The notes beneath the pieces were generated by a model. That model did no database searches. It worked only from the letters and a program-made list of their open reading frames with translations, and was not told where the DNA came from. A stretch of DNA of 64,000 bases from Ramazzottius varieornatus. Taxonomy: Eukaryota > Animalia > Tardigrada. The position numbers and the translations under genes are program-made. Position 1 is the first letter of the stretch. Every line of letters starts with the position of its first letter. This document shows positions 51,122-62,979 of this stretch, piece after piece. The DNA is taken from assembly GCA_001949185.1 (NCBI GenBank), contig BDGG01000017.1, positions 310,001-374,000 of the forward strand, in the 5' to 3' direction.

Positions 51122-51463
51122 ACAAGGGGATTATTGCTTGTCCTGACATCTCGATGGACAAAATGATCCGGTAGAACGGTAGAGGAGAGTTTCTGTCACG
51201 ATCCGAGCCGCGTAGCTAAGTACCGGAACGTTCCCGGAGTCAACTACAGGACTCGGAACGGAAACTCAGCTTTTGGACGATGGACGTGATGGTTGATTGT
51301 GCCATATTTGACTGTTTTCACGTCACTTCCGGGTCGTCTACTTCACCCCCACGATCGCTCCGGTAGTTAGATACCTGGCTCGGATCGTGGGAAAAACACG
51401 TCTCTATCGTTCTGCCGGGTCAGTTTGTCCATCGAGATGTCAGGACAAGCATAATCCCCCTGT
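51122..51463. mobile_element. MITE with about 100-bp TIRs
   Basis: ggggattattgcttgtcctgacatctcgatggacaaa..cacgatccgagcc versus its reverse complement at 51360-51460; no clear TSD. Confidence 0.8.
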
Positions 51464-51716
51464 GAACTGTTGATAAGGTTACCAAATTTTACAGTCCCTT
51501 TCTGCTCTGTCGTGATCTGATAGAACAATTCATTAACTTTCTTTGCATGATTTCTCAATCCGTTTAGCTCATCAATGAAAAGGGAGTAGCTGGTGCCGTA
51601 TAGTTGTATGTACAGGCTATATGGAAATCTAAATCGTCCTTTCAACCTAGTAATACAATATTCACATCTAAATCTAGAGCCTTCTTTTTCTTTAAATAGA
51701 GAGTTTCGAGAGATAT

Positions 51717-54700
51717 TCAGCGTGGAAATTCATTTTCTGTTCTCTCCACCGCAAAGGACACCAAGGGTCTCGATGAGTTTTGTTTCAGATGTGAAGAAGA
51801 GAAAGTCTGTCCATGTGTAGTTTGTTTTTTTGTCTCGCTATCTTCTCGCTTTTTGAGAACAGAATAATGTCTTCCCAACAAAGATTCACTCTGGATACAA
51901 TATAGAGTACGACAGGATCGAAACATCATTCATACGGCGAGAACTAGCGAAAGCTCGATGTGGTCAAGTAAATAAGACCACATTGATATGAAAACAATAT
52001 GTTTAGTCGCACGAACTTCAAGTGAGGCTGACTATTTGTGGGGGCATGTAACGTCTCGTTGGCTTTTCGCTCCTGCGTTTCCACCCAAGCGCTGTGAGTT
52101 TCTGCGGCGAACTCAGCGGATGAGATGGCCTGCTCCAGCCTTTCATGGTAGTCGGCGGCGCTGAGGCTAATGTTCTTCAGCCGTTCCCTGTTTTCGATCA
52201 TGGCCGGTGTCATATCGAATGGATCGACGTGCTTCAAGTAGCCGTAGAGCACGGACTGGATGCTCAGGTCGCCGTTGCACAGGTTCCAGTTGCACTTGCA
52301 GACGTAGACATCGCCGTACTCTTGTCTGAAGCAACCAACTTGATAGTCACCATTCCAGAATCTGTCGTTGATGCCAATGCCTATTAGGCTGGCCAAGACA
52401 TTACCAGTTATGTCGCTGCACTGACGACCCATGCCAATATCATCTACAAAACAGACTTGAGAGAGAACTGTGCTCTTCCCACCCCAGCTTATTTGTGTAC
52501 GTCAATTCGAATTCAGTAAATACAGGAGACTAAGTGGCCACCGCCGGATGAAAGTCCGACTGTGGCTAGAATGAGAAGTAACGTCACTCGTAAGCGGAGC
52601 GGCTGAATGGTTGGACAGCCACCATGCTTCACAATGCCAAGTTAGCTAACTTAATCGTATTTCCGGTTATTGCGCTATTTTCTGAAAATAAGGGGAGTTC
52701 CGGAAAGCAAATTGTAGCTACACGTTACGGAAGGGGCGGAACCAGGCGTTATTACAGTCGGAAAGTGAACCGGGGTGGCAACCTAATATCTGTGATCTAT
52801 GCCAGAACTGCACGGATTCGCACAGTGGTAGGAGAGCCAGCGATTCAAAAACAAATCCACACAAAAGCCCTGTTTCGCAAGTCATGTTTTCGCATTGCAC
52901 AGCATATGTATAGGTTTTATGCTGTGCTGCTGTCCACGGCTTATGTTTGCCTAATATCGCTGCACAGAATTTCAAATTCTGTGCAAGCTGAGTTGATTGC
53001 CGTATTGACCAGTTACGTTTCAAATTCGAAATTTCAAATTTCATTTCTCGTCTTGTTTTCCACCTTCCTTCTTTTGTCAAGAAATACCTTCCGTTGCCTA
53101 CGCGTCTCGGGACTCATCAGCCGTGAAAATGTCGGACAGCGAAAGCGGGAGCCAGAAGGAGAGAGATGATTAACAGCCAAGCCGGAGATGTAGATTTGCC
53201 TACAAACCGTGTCATCTGATTGTTCTTCTCCGTCAAGTGGCCGCCGAAAATCCATTCCAGTATGCCAGCGGATCTGCTCAGGACAAAGCATGGGAGTCTA
53301 TACGAGCTGCCTTGAAGGAAGCAGGGATTAAAGCCCAGGCACGAAGCAACTTTCTGAAAGTGAGGAAGCTGTTGGAAGATCAAGACAAGAAGACGAGCAA
53401 GCTTCCGAAGTCTGGTACGGTGGAACAGTATAAAGAGGTGAAGCAGCTGCTGGAAGAACTCGCCTTCCTGCGAAAGGAAGAAGCCAGACATCACGCCGAA
53501 GAAGCTGCAAAAGCGCCAGCTGTCCTTGCTGCGAAGAAGTCAAGCCGAAAAGCTAGGGGAGTCACGGAGGTCCAGCAGGGGAAGAACATTCGAGATGCTT
53601 CGATGGACATGATGAAACTACGTCGAGGTAAGGTTCAATCTTGACTACTGTTGCTTCCCCAGGTGAAGTGGCGCATTTTTCTGGTTTGTTAACCGGATAC
53701 TTGCGCAAGTGGTACTTTTGCCTTCTCACGGCGTCTACTTGCAGGAAAGCTTGGTTCTTCGAGTGATGACGGAGATACGGACGGGGAAGAGGAACACAAA
53801 ATCAATGGCCATATGGGAGTCAACACACGCAATCCGAACCGAAAAGCGGAACACGGGGAAGACGATGCTGATCGTTTCAAACGATACAGGCCACCGACCG
53901 GAGGCGATAGACTGGATGACGTTCTGTCGGCTTCTGCTAAGACCGAACAAGAGTACGGTACCATGAAGTTAGATTTGCACAACCGTCAGCTGGCATTTCA
54001 GGAGGCTCAGTTAGCTGAACAAAAGGCAGCCAGAGAGGAAGCTGCTGCTTTAAGAATTCGAGAACTCCAGCTCGAAACCATCAAGACTGAAGCGCGTATC
54101 AAAAGCGATCAAGAAAAAGACGCGTTACTAACCTCAGTGCTGAGGCGTATGATGGACAAGATGTCCTAAATGACCCTGCTAACTTTGTTCTCGACTGAAA
54201 GCGGGAGAAACCTTGGATCGCGACTAGTTTGATAACTTCTGATGTATTTCTGACTTTTATCCCGTCTTTTCTGCCTGGTGGCGCACTACGTCATGAAATG
54301 TGAAAAAGCTGTGGGGATGTTTTTGAGTCTTTTATTTTTCTTTCTGACGTCGTACGGTGAACTACAAAGTACAAATCAGCGGTTAAAATTCATTCAGCGG
54401 TCAGATAAACTTCCAAGTGCGGAGGATTGCAGAGAAAAGCCTGAGAAACGATATTGCTGTACAGACAGGCATGGCAGTTCATCAAGATGGTCCCTACTAA
54501 ATAGTAAACAGCGACTAGCTGGGAGTATAATCGCAGGTTCTTTTTAAAGTCCAGAAAAGCAAGCTTGTTGACGATCCAAACCCCCACTCGACACCTTGCC
54601 TGACGCCGGCGATACAGGTATTCCATGCTTGCTGGTCTGCGGTGACTCTTGCTCCCCCGAAAGGACTCAGCAAGTATCTGGACATAGGGTAGGCAGGATC

Positions 54701-56542
54701 TCCATAAAGGCTGTAGCAACTTCCGTCCGGTCTGTTGAAAGCAGCTCGTAGGTCGGTCAGGAGTCCACTCTCGCGAAGAATGCCTGCATCGTGCCTACAT
54801 TCTTCCATAGGCCCAAAGAGATGCCCGATTATCCCGTTCGGATACATTACAGACTGGAACTTGATACCGTGTTGTCGTTTGTGGACGCTGAAAGCTGCCT
54901 TTTGACTTCGAGAGGGACGAAAAGTAGGTCTCATGGTCCCGTCGATGAACCCAACACAAGTTTCCAGCGGAGCTCCCGTGCTGTGATCTTGGAAACAAAA
55001 GGTCGTAAGGGTGTTTCCGTTCATCCAAGGGCGAATTATAGCTGCAAAACACCAACCGGAAATGACCGAACGAAGTAAAATAGGATCTGGTATCGCGCGG
55101 GCAACCCGCTTGTCCTTTCCCGCAGCTTACCTCTCAACAAATGACCATGTTCTCGGTGAATCAACATAACGGTGTGATTAAAAATCCTGCTGAAGGAAAG
55201 AGCAGACCGCTTCATCAGTCGTTTGCTTTCGAAGAGTCGGTTAGGTGATACGAAGCGACGCAGTACGATGCAGATTGCTTCCAGTCCGGTAGCTCGATCC
55301 CTTTCAGGTGTGTAAACAACGTCCGGAACTCGCAGAGCCAGCCGAAGTCGTTCCAGGTGCAGCTTGTCGAACCTAAACCATTTCTGGGCGCTAGCCTGCG
55401 ATATGCGACCGAAGTCGAACTTTCTGCGGGGACGAGCTTTTAGCCGGTACTTCAGCAATCCAGCAGCCATTCCGATAGCCACAAGCCTCTTTAGCTTGTA
55501 GTGTGGAGCCATAGCTACATGAGTACCGATGAAAGAAGCAGAGGACCACAGAGTTTCGGAAAAAGAACATCGAGAGATTCAAAACTTCAAATTATTTCTC
55601 TGTTCACACAAAGAGCGGGCAATCGACCCCGTGAAAGTGGCGCATTTCCGGCTCGTTATGCTGCGATTTAGACCGCCAACTGCGAAACGTTTTTTCTGCA
55701 GAATTTGAATTGTATAGAATCACATGATTTTATACAATTTTTGTTGGAAACATGACTTGCGAAACAGGTCCAATGAGACTAGCTACTCGTATTGGTTCTG
55801 ATCACTGGGGATGACGAGCGAATGTGTGGACGCACAGGGTTTGCGAGTAGAGCTTTCTTGCCACCCTGATCAACCGACGCATTATTCTACAGTGCGGAAT
55901 TTTCGATTCGGAAAGCTTCATTATTTGTCTGGCAAAAGAGCCCCCCCCCTTCCTCTAGTTGATGTCGGCAATCTACCGGACTCTGGATGAAATGTATAGT
56001 GGACTTACTAATTGGAGGAAGTTCGTTGTTCCTGGCGAACTTTTCAGCTAACGCTTTGACGTAGTGTATGTAAACCGTGCAGTACGGAGCGTCGCACGAC
56101 CTTGCAGGCTTGGACTTGTCCTGATTCCAGACGTTCCAGTATCCTTTGTATGGGGCCAGTTGGCTGTAGTTGCCACCTAGACAAGCTTGTCGCTCCGTCA
56201 TGTTAGGGAATCTTTGTGGACCATCGAACGGTGCGATAAATTCGAATGTGCTGCATTCGTAACAATTGTAGTGGCCTTCGATCGGTGCTGCCACGTTCTT
56301 GCCTGGTACTGCAATCCACATAATACTTTATGGCTGGCTGATCTGTGAGTGCGACACCCAAACTAGTTGTGGACACACAAAAGGCCATCGCACAATTCTC
56401 TCCCCGAAAGTTGCTCACTTTTACGAATTATTGGAGGTGTCACGGATCCCATGGTATTCGAGTTGCCACATCTTATCATGGGGAAGGTTTGTAGCCACAG
56501 GACGACACTGCTTGTGAAGTGTCCGGGGTAAAATTTCTTCAT
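51717..56542 (-). CDS. Ly6/uPAR three-finger (quiver/sleepless-like) protein; exons about 56542-56425, 56309-56009, 52443-52013, 51891-51717
   Basis: NCYEC..AC..SCDAPYC..|..RQC..GC..VCKCNWNLCN; a phase-1 intron 56008-52444 joins the halves in frame; the last exon is tentative. Confidence 0.7.
53129..54169 (+). pseudogene. Harbinger Myb/SANT-like DNA-binding ORF with an intron and an in-frame stop at 53171
   Basis: LLRQVAAENPF..AWESI..L..SGTVEQY..QLLEEL..GKNIRDASM; C-terminal coiled coil. Confidence 0.8.
54390..55512 (-). pseudogene. Harbinger/HARBI1-type DDE transposase, frameshifted near 54570
   Basis: FRFDK..L..L; GLEAICIVLRR; CVGFIDGT; HKRQHGIKFQ..PNG; HD; LYGDPAYP; RQGVEWGFG; FLDFKKNL..YYLVGTILMNCHACLY in another frame. 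Confidence 0.9.
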
Positions 56543-56895
56543 ACAGGTGATGTGTCATCCAGTCACGCGTCTCCCCCAAGAGCAAGGTGGCGGAAGGTCT
56601 TGTTCACTGTCGAGATACAGGTGCTAAGAATCTAAACGAAGCTGGCAGAGCGAGATAACCATCTCCAAAAGAAGTTTTATATTTTAGCGGGGAGTATACA
56701 GTCGGTTCGGGGGGAAGATGGGAGTAAGGGCGTTCTTGGGTGAGTGCCTATTACTGCACTGCTGAAGAGATTTGGCAGATTACAGAGGTGCTCCGTTGTA
56801 TTGTATACGTAGCCACGGTTACATGCGCGATACCGGTTAACGAGCGGGGCAATACCGTAAGCCGTCAACAACTTTACCGCATCATCCGTGTAATA

Positions 56896-57135
56896 GGCAC
56901 CTTGCGTGCCAGCCAGAATTTCACTACGAACGTTCAAATTTCACGTCGCGCGGTGAGTCATCTGTGAGCGCGACGAAAATTACGTTGGGAGCGCTTCGTG
57001 ACGGTGAAAATGATACCGTTCGTCGTGTATTACTCGCGAGACGAAATTCGCTTTTCACGTCGACAAGGAAAGCTAAAATTCCCACCGTGAAATTTTGACG
57101 TTCGTAGATATCTTATCGGTGGCGCGCAAGGTGCC
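56896..57135. mobile_element. MITE family C, copy 1
   Basis: TA|ggcaccttgcgtgccagccagaatttcac...gcgcaaggtgcc|TA. Confidence 0.8.
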
Positions 57136-57138
57136 TAA

Positions 57139-57558
57139 TACCTTACGCGCCAGCCAGAATTTCGCTACGAGCGGCGGAATTTCACGTTGGAGAAATTCAC
57201 GGTTCTCCCCGACGTAAAATTTAAATTTGGCTTTTGCGAGAAAAACACGACGAACGGTGCAAAATAACCGATCAAGAAATTAAATAAGTTGGGGCAACGT
57301 TCGGCTTTGCCCCGGGTCGTGAGTGCTGTATGTTCACGGAGCTGTACTGCTGAACGGGAGAAATTTAGACAGTTGAATATTCGCGGAGCAGTCGGCGTCG
57401 TGAAATTTGACCGTCACGAACGAACAGGGCCTTCGTCGTTATTTTGCCACCGTCCCGAAGCGCCCTCAACGTAACTTACGTCGCGCTCGAAGATGACTCA
57501 CCGTTCAACGTGAAATTTGAACGTTCGTCGTGAGATTCTGGCTGGCGGGCAAGGTACC
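57139..57558. mobile_element. MITE family C, copy 2, directly adjacent
   Basis: taccttacgcgccagccagaatttcgc...gattctggctggcgggcaaggtacc|TA. Confidence 0.75.
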
Positions 57559-57989
57559 TAAGAAAAAAAAAGAACACGTCTGGATGGTCCCGACGCCAAG
57601 GCGGGGACTGGAAAAAGTACAGCGACGACCATACAAAATAATTTGCCGGGAAGACAGATAGTATCGAGATGTACGAACTGTGGATGACGTAACTTTCAAG
57701 TACAGGTAAAATCTGATGACGCAACTTGCTGAAAGTTCCAGTTTTGAGTTTTGGCCTTTACGTGAAAACTTCATGCACAGGATACGCACAATACGAAACA
57801 TGAGCATTGTTTTGTGGGAGGAAGAATGCAGACAAGAAACCCCCCGAAAAGAAACCGATCAAGATGTCTCTGCATTCGGACGTCACAGTGAACTCATCCC
57901 GAGGACCATGTACAAGCGAATAGTGTAGAGAAAAAACAAAATGTAGAACGTGGATTATTATGTCGGATCAGACTTCAGGTAAAAAAGCA

Positions 57990-58300
57990 CCGATATCAGC
58001 AACATCAAAAGAGTCCATGTCATCTGCCAGTTCATCGTTGGTCGACATCTCACACTGGCCGCTATCTAAGTCTTTCAGATGAACGTTAGAGCCGGTCGAG
58101 GCTGCAGGAGTGTGAGCGGTCTCATCAGGAAAACCATTCTTGTACCATTCAACGACAGTTTTGTGATCTATAACGATGTCTCGGTACAAGTGCACCAATG
58201 TCATCCAGTTCAGTCGGGAGTTCAAGATGGTACTGCGCAAGTATGTTTTCTTTCGCTTCAGTACTGGAACGACATCGTTTGGCCATAGCCAGCCCGTTTG
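57990..58300 (-). pseudogene. hAT transposase C-terminal dimerisation-domain remnant
   Basis: LKRKKTYLRSTILNSRLNWMTLVHLYRDIVID matches the hAT L.R.KTYLRSTM...RLN.L....RDI.ID motif; upstream frame broken. Confidence 0.75.
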
Positions 58301-58784
58301 GACTTATGGACAACCAGGGTCTAACGGGATCTTTACGCTCAATCGCCCACTGCATAACAGTCGTTCTGTGACGAAGATATTAGTGTAATGAAGTCACCAG
58401 CTTAGTTTCATGGTCTGCCCAAAATGCACGTTACGGCTATACTTTCCGTCTTCCATATGGGCTGATTGCACTAAATCCGCTGGTGCAAAGCAATCAATTG
58501 TGCCAGACCGGTACTTGTAATGCGCGTTGACAGCAATCGATATTGTGTTTGGATGAGGTCTACTTTGCTGGTGTTTGCGTTTGTAGAACATGACGCACTA
58601 GATGTCCAGCATCTTCCATATCGCATAAAGCCACATTCGAAAAATTAATTTTTACTACATGGTTACATCACACTGGTACTCCACTTTAAAATTTACGTCA
58701 TGGACAGATCATACTTTTGCCCTACTCGCTGTCTTTCCCGGCAAATATATTGCATTGGCCACGACTTTAAAAAGACAAAAGGTC

Positions 58785-58856
58785 TTCCCATGCGGGGAAT
58801 CGAACCCCGGCCGCCGCGGTGAAAGCGCGGAATCCTAGCCACTAGACCACATGGGA
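58785..58856 (-). tRNA. tRNA-Glu (anticodon TTC)
   Basis: TCCCATGTGGTCTAGTGGCTAGGATTCCGCGCTTTCACCGCGGCGGCCGGGGTTCGATTCCCCGCATGGGAA folds as a cloverleaf with A and B boxes; T-runs follow downstream. Confidence 0.97.
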
Positions 58857-58948
58857 CAAAGCAGTTAGACTGAGAGAGAATGTATAGCTTCAATATGTAG
58901 CGCACTGGCTCGTCTGAAGTCCGGACCTCATTGCAAAGGGTACGAGTA

Positions 58949-59069
58949 CTGTAATGCTTCACGAATATCTCGCATTACGTCACAGTACGCGTAGCGTATG
59001 CGGGTAAGGTGACGCGTACAGTACACGCGTGTTGTAACGCTTGTGCGTGAGATTCATGAAGCATTACAG
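58949..59069. mobile_element. Small TA-flanked MITE just upstream of tRNA-Glu
   Basis: TA|ctgtaatgcttcacgaat...attcatgaagcattacag|TA. Confidence 0.8.
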
Positions 59070-59429
59070 TACATCTAACGTAAGACTTCCGATATGTTAG
59101 CTTTTAAACTGAAATTCGGAGCGAAGATTACATCCGGATGATCTTAGCGCTAGATAAATGCTGTTTTACAGGAAGCGTTGTGATGTTCCCGCTGAAGTTG
59201 ACACGTGAACCGAATGCAATGTATCTGATGGTGTTTTTCCAACCATGGTTTATTTGATTTCAAAGCTATGGAAATGCAGAAAGCCAGAAAGCCAGAAGGA
59301 TAGGAGCCGGCAATCAATAAGCCAAAGCTTGTCCATGAACTATTACTTCAAAAGTAATCATCGAGCACCATTCAAATGCGAGTTAGCGTTGCTTCCTTGT
59401 CCCAAATTCGACGCTCCCACGGGTCCACT

Positions 59430-61004
59430 TTAACTGAGCCCCACATTGTTTGTAGCGATGTTACCATACTGAGTACTACCCATACCTAAAGCGTTTCCCT
59501 TGGCCCCAGACATTGAAGAAAACTCGTAGACACCACCACTAACTCCATAGTTCATCTGACGCTTGTTACGGAACAAGTTCTGGTTCCTCATACCGAAAGC
59601 ATTTTTGGCAAAGTCCAGTTGCCCCAGTGTGCTACCACCAGCTTGCGCGGCTCCGCTGGCGGTGGGGTCGGTACCTGAAGGGAAATATACGTGTGGAAGA
59701 ACATTTCAAGACTGAACAACATATTCCATTAATTGCAAGCTCGGCAAACAATTCGACAGGTCATCTTTCCCAGGTGGCGCACTTTCTGAGTTTTTTCCAC
59801 CCGAGATGGTGCGCCAATTGGAGGGCATTTCTGTCAAGTCCGTCTGCCCCATGGCGCGCCTTTCCAACGTCATTTGCTGGAAATGTGCACCACTTTGGAT
59901 GTACGATCTTGAGGTGGTTATTTGCTTTGCGCGTTATTTGAATCCTACCTTGGGCCGAGTTGGCACTAAGACCGCTTGACGAGGTTCTTCCATTAGTGGC
60001 CTCGTTGTTAGCTTGGTTAATAGATGTGGCGGAGCCAGCGCCCTTGGTACCAGCGTTACCAGCGGCAGCAGCGTTACCAGTGGCTTGGTCTAACCTCTGG
60101 AATTGGTTTTGCTGTCCTTGCCGTTGAACTATAGTTCGCTGCACAGGACTGAGGCCGGATCCACGGTTGGGACTAGACTTACTAAAGCTATTCCTGCCAG
60201 CATTGTTGCGGAAGTTCTGTTGTCCTTGAACAGTACCACCTGCCTGAGCTGCTCCGTTGGCGGATGGTCCAACTCCTAATAAGAAGGAAAATCACGGTTG
60301 GAATCATACGACGTAAACAGTGCTTTATTTTGATCCTACCTTGGGCCGAGTTGGCGCTAAGACCGCTCGATGAGGTCCGGCCATTAGTTGCTTCGTTATT
60401 AGCCTTGTTGATAGATGTGGAAGAACCAGCGCCCTTGGTACCAGCGTTACCAGCGGCTGCAGCGTTACCAGTGGCTTGGTTTAGAATTTGGCCTTGTGTC
60501 TGTTGGCCTTGTTGCAGGACTTCGGTACGTTGAGGGCCCATTCCGCGGTTAGGACTGTTAGGACTGCCGAAGTTGTTCCTGCCCGAGTTGTTATTACCGA
60601 AATTGTTTCGGTTGTTGTTGCCCAAGTTGTTGTTGTTGTTTCCGTTGAAGTTGTCAGTGTCACGACGACTGTTACGATGATTCCTGTTTCGGTTGTTCAG
60701 GCCGTTGCGTTGGTCGCGGTCGCCAAACCGACCACGATCGTGGTTGCCGAATCGATCATTGTCATCGAAGTCGCCCAGACTGGCATCGCCAAACCCGTCT
60801 CGATCATTGAAACGATCTCTTCCTGCAAGAGAATAAATCCTATTAATATTTCAGGTTTCACCGATATTCCTACATGGTATCGAATAATTCCTGCGCATGC
60901 TGGAATCCATTAAATACAGCAATCAGAAGACATTAGCACTTACCAAAATTTTGAGCCGCAGCGTAACCGACTGCCACCAGCAACAGCAACAGACATTTCT
61001 GCAT
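59430..61004 (-). CDS. Secreted low-complexity G/A/N/S/Q repeat protein; exons about 61004-60944, 60823-60340, 60275-59949, 59674-59430
   Basis: Signal peptide MQKCLLLLLVAVGYAAAQ; D/R/N-rich segment; duplicated QATGNAAAAGNAGTKGAGS..SANSAQ module; RNKR site. Confidence 0.8.
59740..59900. repeat. Inverted-box array, in intron 3 of the repeat protein gene
   Basis: aagctcggcaaacaattcgacagg flank, caggtggcgcac..gtgcgccaattg..tggcgcgc..gtgcaccactt. Confidence 0.8.
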
Positions 61005-62098
61005 CGTTTGCCGAAGACTGGATGGATGATGGAGAAACAAAGGACCCTGCGTGCAGTGAATAGCCGGACGAATGTTCAAAAACTACCGTTCTTCAGTTGA
61101 AGGATGGATCTTTCTGTTCGAGAACATGCTGAAGGGTGTCCGCACTGAGCTCAGCGTTGACAAACGTTTGGCATTACGATGAATTGCGGAATCGCCTGGG
61201 GACTCTGACGTATGGACCTGCTGTTTTCCGGTTGTATACAGTAGTCTGAAATTGGTTATCCTGCAGATCTGGTAGCCGGGTCTACCTGGGAAGACAGGTT
61301 GATCACATGCTGTCGGGAAATCAACATACCTTGCTACATACTGCATGGTGCAGTCTGTCTTCTCAAAGTTGGCACATGACTGTTTTCTGTCCCGAAAAAT
61401 GCACTGTTTCTCGAATCTAACTAATGTTTTTCTCATCAAATGTAGCGAACAGTTGTCTCTGTTTTGTTGTATGTTAGAAGTCAATCTATCGAACCTTGAC
61501 TTGAAAAACAAACTCCATTAATGATTCACAAAGGAGGCCAAAACGATTGTTTTAAAGTAGCGCCTGGAGGTTCAACCAGAAGTTGTGCCCACTCGCATTT
61601 CATCGGCAGACATGTGAAAAAGCCTGCTCTATCCATGAAAGTTAGAAGAAAAATCTCAAAGCTTCTTCGCAGGAAGGATTAGCTAAAAAGCGCTATTTTC
61701 CTGTTTTCCCGGTATCTCGACCTCTTTCGAAAAGGCGTCATTGCGAAGCCTGATGTCGATGAACACGCGTCGAGAGACTTTTTCCACCAGCGGAAGGACA
61801 ACTTTTGAGGAAATACCTCTGTCAGTTACGTGACACTTGTTTTCTGCATGCATTGCTATAGTTTTTTCGTTTTGCCAGTTTGCCTAGTGCACACTGCTTC
61901 AAACAAAAAGTTGTTTTGTATCACAATGGTGATTCTTTTGTTTGTGGATCGTCGATTTACGGCAGAAGGGGAGACAGCATACGACAAAATTACGGAGGCA
62001 AGACGAAAACTTTATAAATAAGGTGCGATCAGAGAGGAAGGATGGGATCTTTTGCGTGGGTTTACTGTCCTCTACTGTTCGCTGGATTCAAAACTGGA

Positions 62099-62979
62099 CT
62101 AGCTGCTCTGTCGGATCTTGCTGCGGCTTCTCTTGGATGAGGCAGTGGACTGGACGGCCCCGATGGCGGCTTGCAGTTCATAGTCATCCTGGTTGTCCAA
62201 CAGGAAGCTGCCTTCCTGGTACAGACGGCTGTTGGAGTAGTCCTGGAATTGCTTGGACTGGCTGCAGTCAACGTTCCAGAACCAGTCGCAGACCAGGGTG
62301 ATTTGGTTGAACAACTATAAATCAAGGTTGGCGTACAGTACGTACACCAAGACCCAAATGGCAGTTCGGCACACAAACTGAACAGGTATGTCTTCCCAAC
62401 TGGTGCACAAGTCCAGTATTATTGTCTGGAAGCCTGCGCCACTTGTAAACCGTGACAGGAGTGTCTTCCGAAGTGGCGCGCGTTTTCCTTACTGCTAACT
62501 GCGAGGGTGCGCCACTTGGAAACCTCGATTAGCTTCCTTTTCCCAAACGGCGCACGTCCTCAGTTTCATTGGCAGGAAGCGCGCGTCACTTGAGAAAACG
62601 ATCTGGTCATGTTTGCTGAGCCTGCCAATTGGCAGAGAAGGGAACAAGAACAGGCACTCACGCTCATGTTGGGGCACAGGTAGCTGGTCAAGTTGCCGTT
62701 GACGTCACATCGGTGGAAAACTTGGCATTGGCCGGCTTCGTCGGCGTAGAAACCTGGCTGCTTGAAGGAGGCGCAATCAACGTTGGACTGGGGGATTTCG
62801 GCAAGGATGGGGAAGTCCTTTCCGGGCTGGGCGTTGGCATAAATCTCCCGAATTTGGTCAGTCTGCAGGGGAGTCTTGCCCCGCAGAACGTCCAAGGCGC
62901 TGAAGACCTTGGGGTTCTGGTCACCGTTGGCAGCGTAAGCCACAGCCACCAAAGCCGAGAGGACGACCAGGCACTTCAT
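62099..62979 (-). CDS. Secreted chitin-binding type-2 (CBM14/peritrophin-A) protein; exons 62979-62662, 62314-62099
   Basis: Signal peptide; PGKDFPILAEIP..DC..PGFYAD..CQVFHRC..SYLCPNMS|LFNQITLVCDWFWNVDC..SNSRLY. Confidence 0.92.
62370..62625. repeat. Inverted-box array (6 boxes), in CBM14 intron
   Basis: Three box pairs; the first two inner spacers are 25 nt. Confidence 0.85.

Larger units (their letters stand above)
52866..55771. mobile_element. PIF/Harbinger DNA transposon (full-length, defective) inside the Ly6-like intron
   Basis: 21-bp perfect TIR core cctgtttcgcaagtcatgttt; two convergent ORFs (Myb/SANT-like and DDE_Tnp_4-type); 3-bp TSD imperfect. Confidence 0.92.

Noticed and set aside
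1281-62625. CRISPR interpretation of the box/spacer arrays
   Set aside because: Boxes alternate in orientation and are only 12 bp, spacers descend from a common consensus, the context is eukaryotic introns, and there are no cas genes.
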